A DNA stretch of 63,382 nt, filler included, from Basidiobolus ranarum (Eukaryota): the NCBI GenBank assembly GCA_040143965.1. It is 33 parts of 33 records of this genome, joined end to end, with 100 filler letters (N's around TTAATTAATTAA, not from the genome) between each part and the next. Parts side by side here need not be neighbours in the genome. Positions count along the whole stretch, not along the records: positions 61,567 to 63,382 come from JASJQH010004277.1; 32 more parts are not named here. One strand, 5' to 3'. Position 1 is the first letter of the stretch. Each line of letters opens with the position of its first letter. A program made the translations under genes and the position numbers. Positions 61,911 through 63,382 of this stretch are shown here, piece after piece. The notes below the pieces were generated by a model. That model was not told where the DNA came from and searched no databases. It saw nothing but the letters and a program-made list of their open reading frames with translations.

Positions 61911-63382
61911 GAAATGAAACATACACATTACTACTATCCAAATACAACACTGAACTTCATGATTTTACCATCAAGAGCCTGGTCAGATTTCCACATGATT
62001 ACTGATATCAATTCACCAAATAGTCAGTCTAATATCAAACTTGGTATTAGCCATAAGCCTAAGACTATATGGTTAAAGGGGATCAGCTGGAGCCAGAGCT
62101 TCCCATAAAGCACTATGCACTTACTATTCCACAACATTCCAATACTACTTACTCAACTATAAAGTGGAAAATTCAATATGAATGAGCCATTCAAGATAGG
62201 ATCAGATTTTGAATCAATTGGGAAAATGCTTGAAAACGTCAAGATACCATAATGATTTACCAAGACTCCCATCAATATCCACTCATCTAGGTGTTTATTC
62301 AAATGCAAAGACTGGAAGTATTGGATTAGTGTATATTCAAGTGGAATTTTGAAAAGATTTCTGCCTGATAAGTATTGGCTACATTAGTAGTTGTTTGTCA
62401 ATATTGCTAATATATTCTTATGGCATCAACTCACATTGGCAGATCTCAAGCAGATACAGCAACTGTGCAAAAATTTGTAATTGGATATGAAAAACTTTGT
62501 TACAGATTTACTGAAGAGAGACTGAATCTATGCTTGTTTTCATTACATTCCCTGCCGCATCTTTGACAATACTTAGAGATTATAGGCCCTTGCTATACAT
62601 ATGGGAGTTCCCAATGGAGCACACCTGTGGTGAAACAGTGCTCCATGTGAAATTGTCAGTATTACCATATGCTAATCTGATTAAAAATGTATCAGCAAAA
62701 TCAGTGATGGATGTAATGCAATGTGTTAAGGAGACTCCAGAGTAGAATAATCTGCTATCAAAGGGTGCTTTTCAATGTGCTCATGGATTTTCACATTGCT
62801 TGAGCACAATATTAACAACAAAGCCCAATCCATGGACACAAAGTAAGTACCTCTATAATTGGACTAATTTGCTTGTGGGATAATCTGATGGTACTTTAGG
62901 AAAGCTGCAAAACAGGCTTCTTGGTGAGATAGATTCAGATATGTAATATTGGCATTTTTGCCATGGGGCAATCTATTCAAGCAATGACACATCTACTTGG
63001 GGCAGGACATTTATTGACTGCAAGTTGGGGATATATTGGCTGAATTCTTTATGGAATTTGCCAAAATCCTAGAGCTTATTCTCATTGTTAATGGTAACAA
63101 GAGTGAGCTATTTGGCAAGTGTCAGTGCTATTCAAAATTTCAGAAGTTTAGCATTTTTTCTACCCTTAGATTGCTGGTAAAGCATATTGATGTTGTGAGA
63201 TAGATTCAGATATGTAATATTGGCATTTTTGCCATGGGGCAATCTATTCAAGCAATGACACATCTACTTGGGGCAGGACATTTGTTGACTGCAAGTCGGG
63301 GATATATTGGCTGAATTCTTTACGGAAATTTGCCAAAATCCAAGAGCTTATTCTCATTGTGAACGGTAACAAGAGTCAGCTA
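61911..63382 (+). mobile_element. CACTA transposase 3' half with a 271-bp tandem duplication (units start 62924 and 63195)
   Basis: WEFPMEH and other family motifs; duplicated block with shared private substitutions. Confidence 0.9.

Noticed and set aside
1-63382. Alternative genetic code or programmed readthrough explaining in-frame stops
   Set aside because: Stops fall at different positions in different copies, accompany frameshifts and fit C-to-T/G-to-A decay; host genes read through with the standard code.
1-63382. Classical CpA-to-TpA RIP
   Set aside because: CA and TG are abundant in the repeats and the diagnostic changes map to ancestral CG; not computed, so a minor CpA component is not excluded.

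Overview
This window is not one locus. It is 33 short assembly contigs joined by 32 identical artificial 100-nt spacers (N44-TTAATTAATTAA-N44) and ordered by decreasing length (1833 to 1816 bp), so adjacency across spacers has no biological meaning. The DNA is fungal (class IV chitin synthase, short GT-AG introns, sugar porters); an early-diverging lineage is plausible but not shown. Only three contigs carry clear host genes: a CHS3-like chitin synthase convergent with a PKA/PRKX-like kinase 3' end; a 5-exon GPATCH4/Tma23-like gene; and tandem MFS sugar porters. Nearly everything else is nested, decayed transposon DNA. (1) A high-copy CACTA/EnSpm family whose two ends (TIR CCCTAACA[G/A]AAAT) and a head-to-head second ORF can be pieced together across contigs. 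(2) Several Ty1/Copia families, one with a half-tRNAiMet primer site (GGTTATGAGCCC). (3) Two Ty3/Gypsy gag types, one with a tRNA-Lys(CTT) primer site. (4) An IS5/Harbinger-type transposase remnant plus a 180-bp MITE with matching termini. (5) An LTR-like element containing a tRNA-like sequence. (6) A 164-bp tandem repeat. Repeats show strong CpG-to-TpG/CpA decay while host genes keep CpG, pointing to repeat-targeted CpG methylation/deamination or a RIP-like process.
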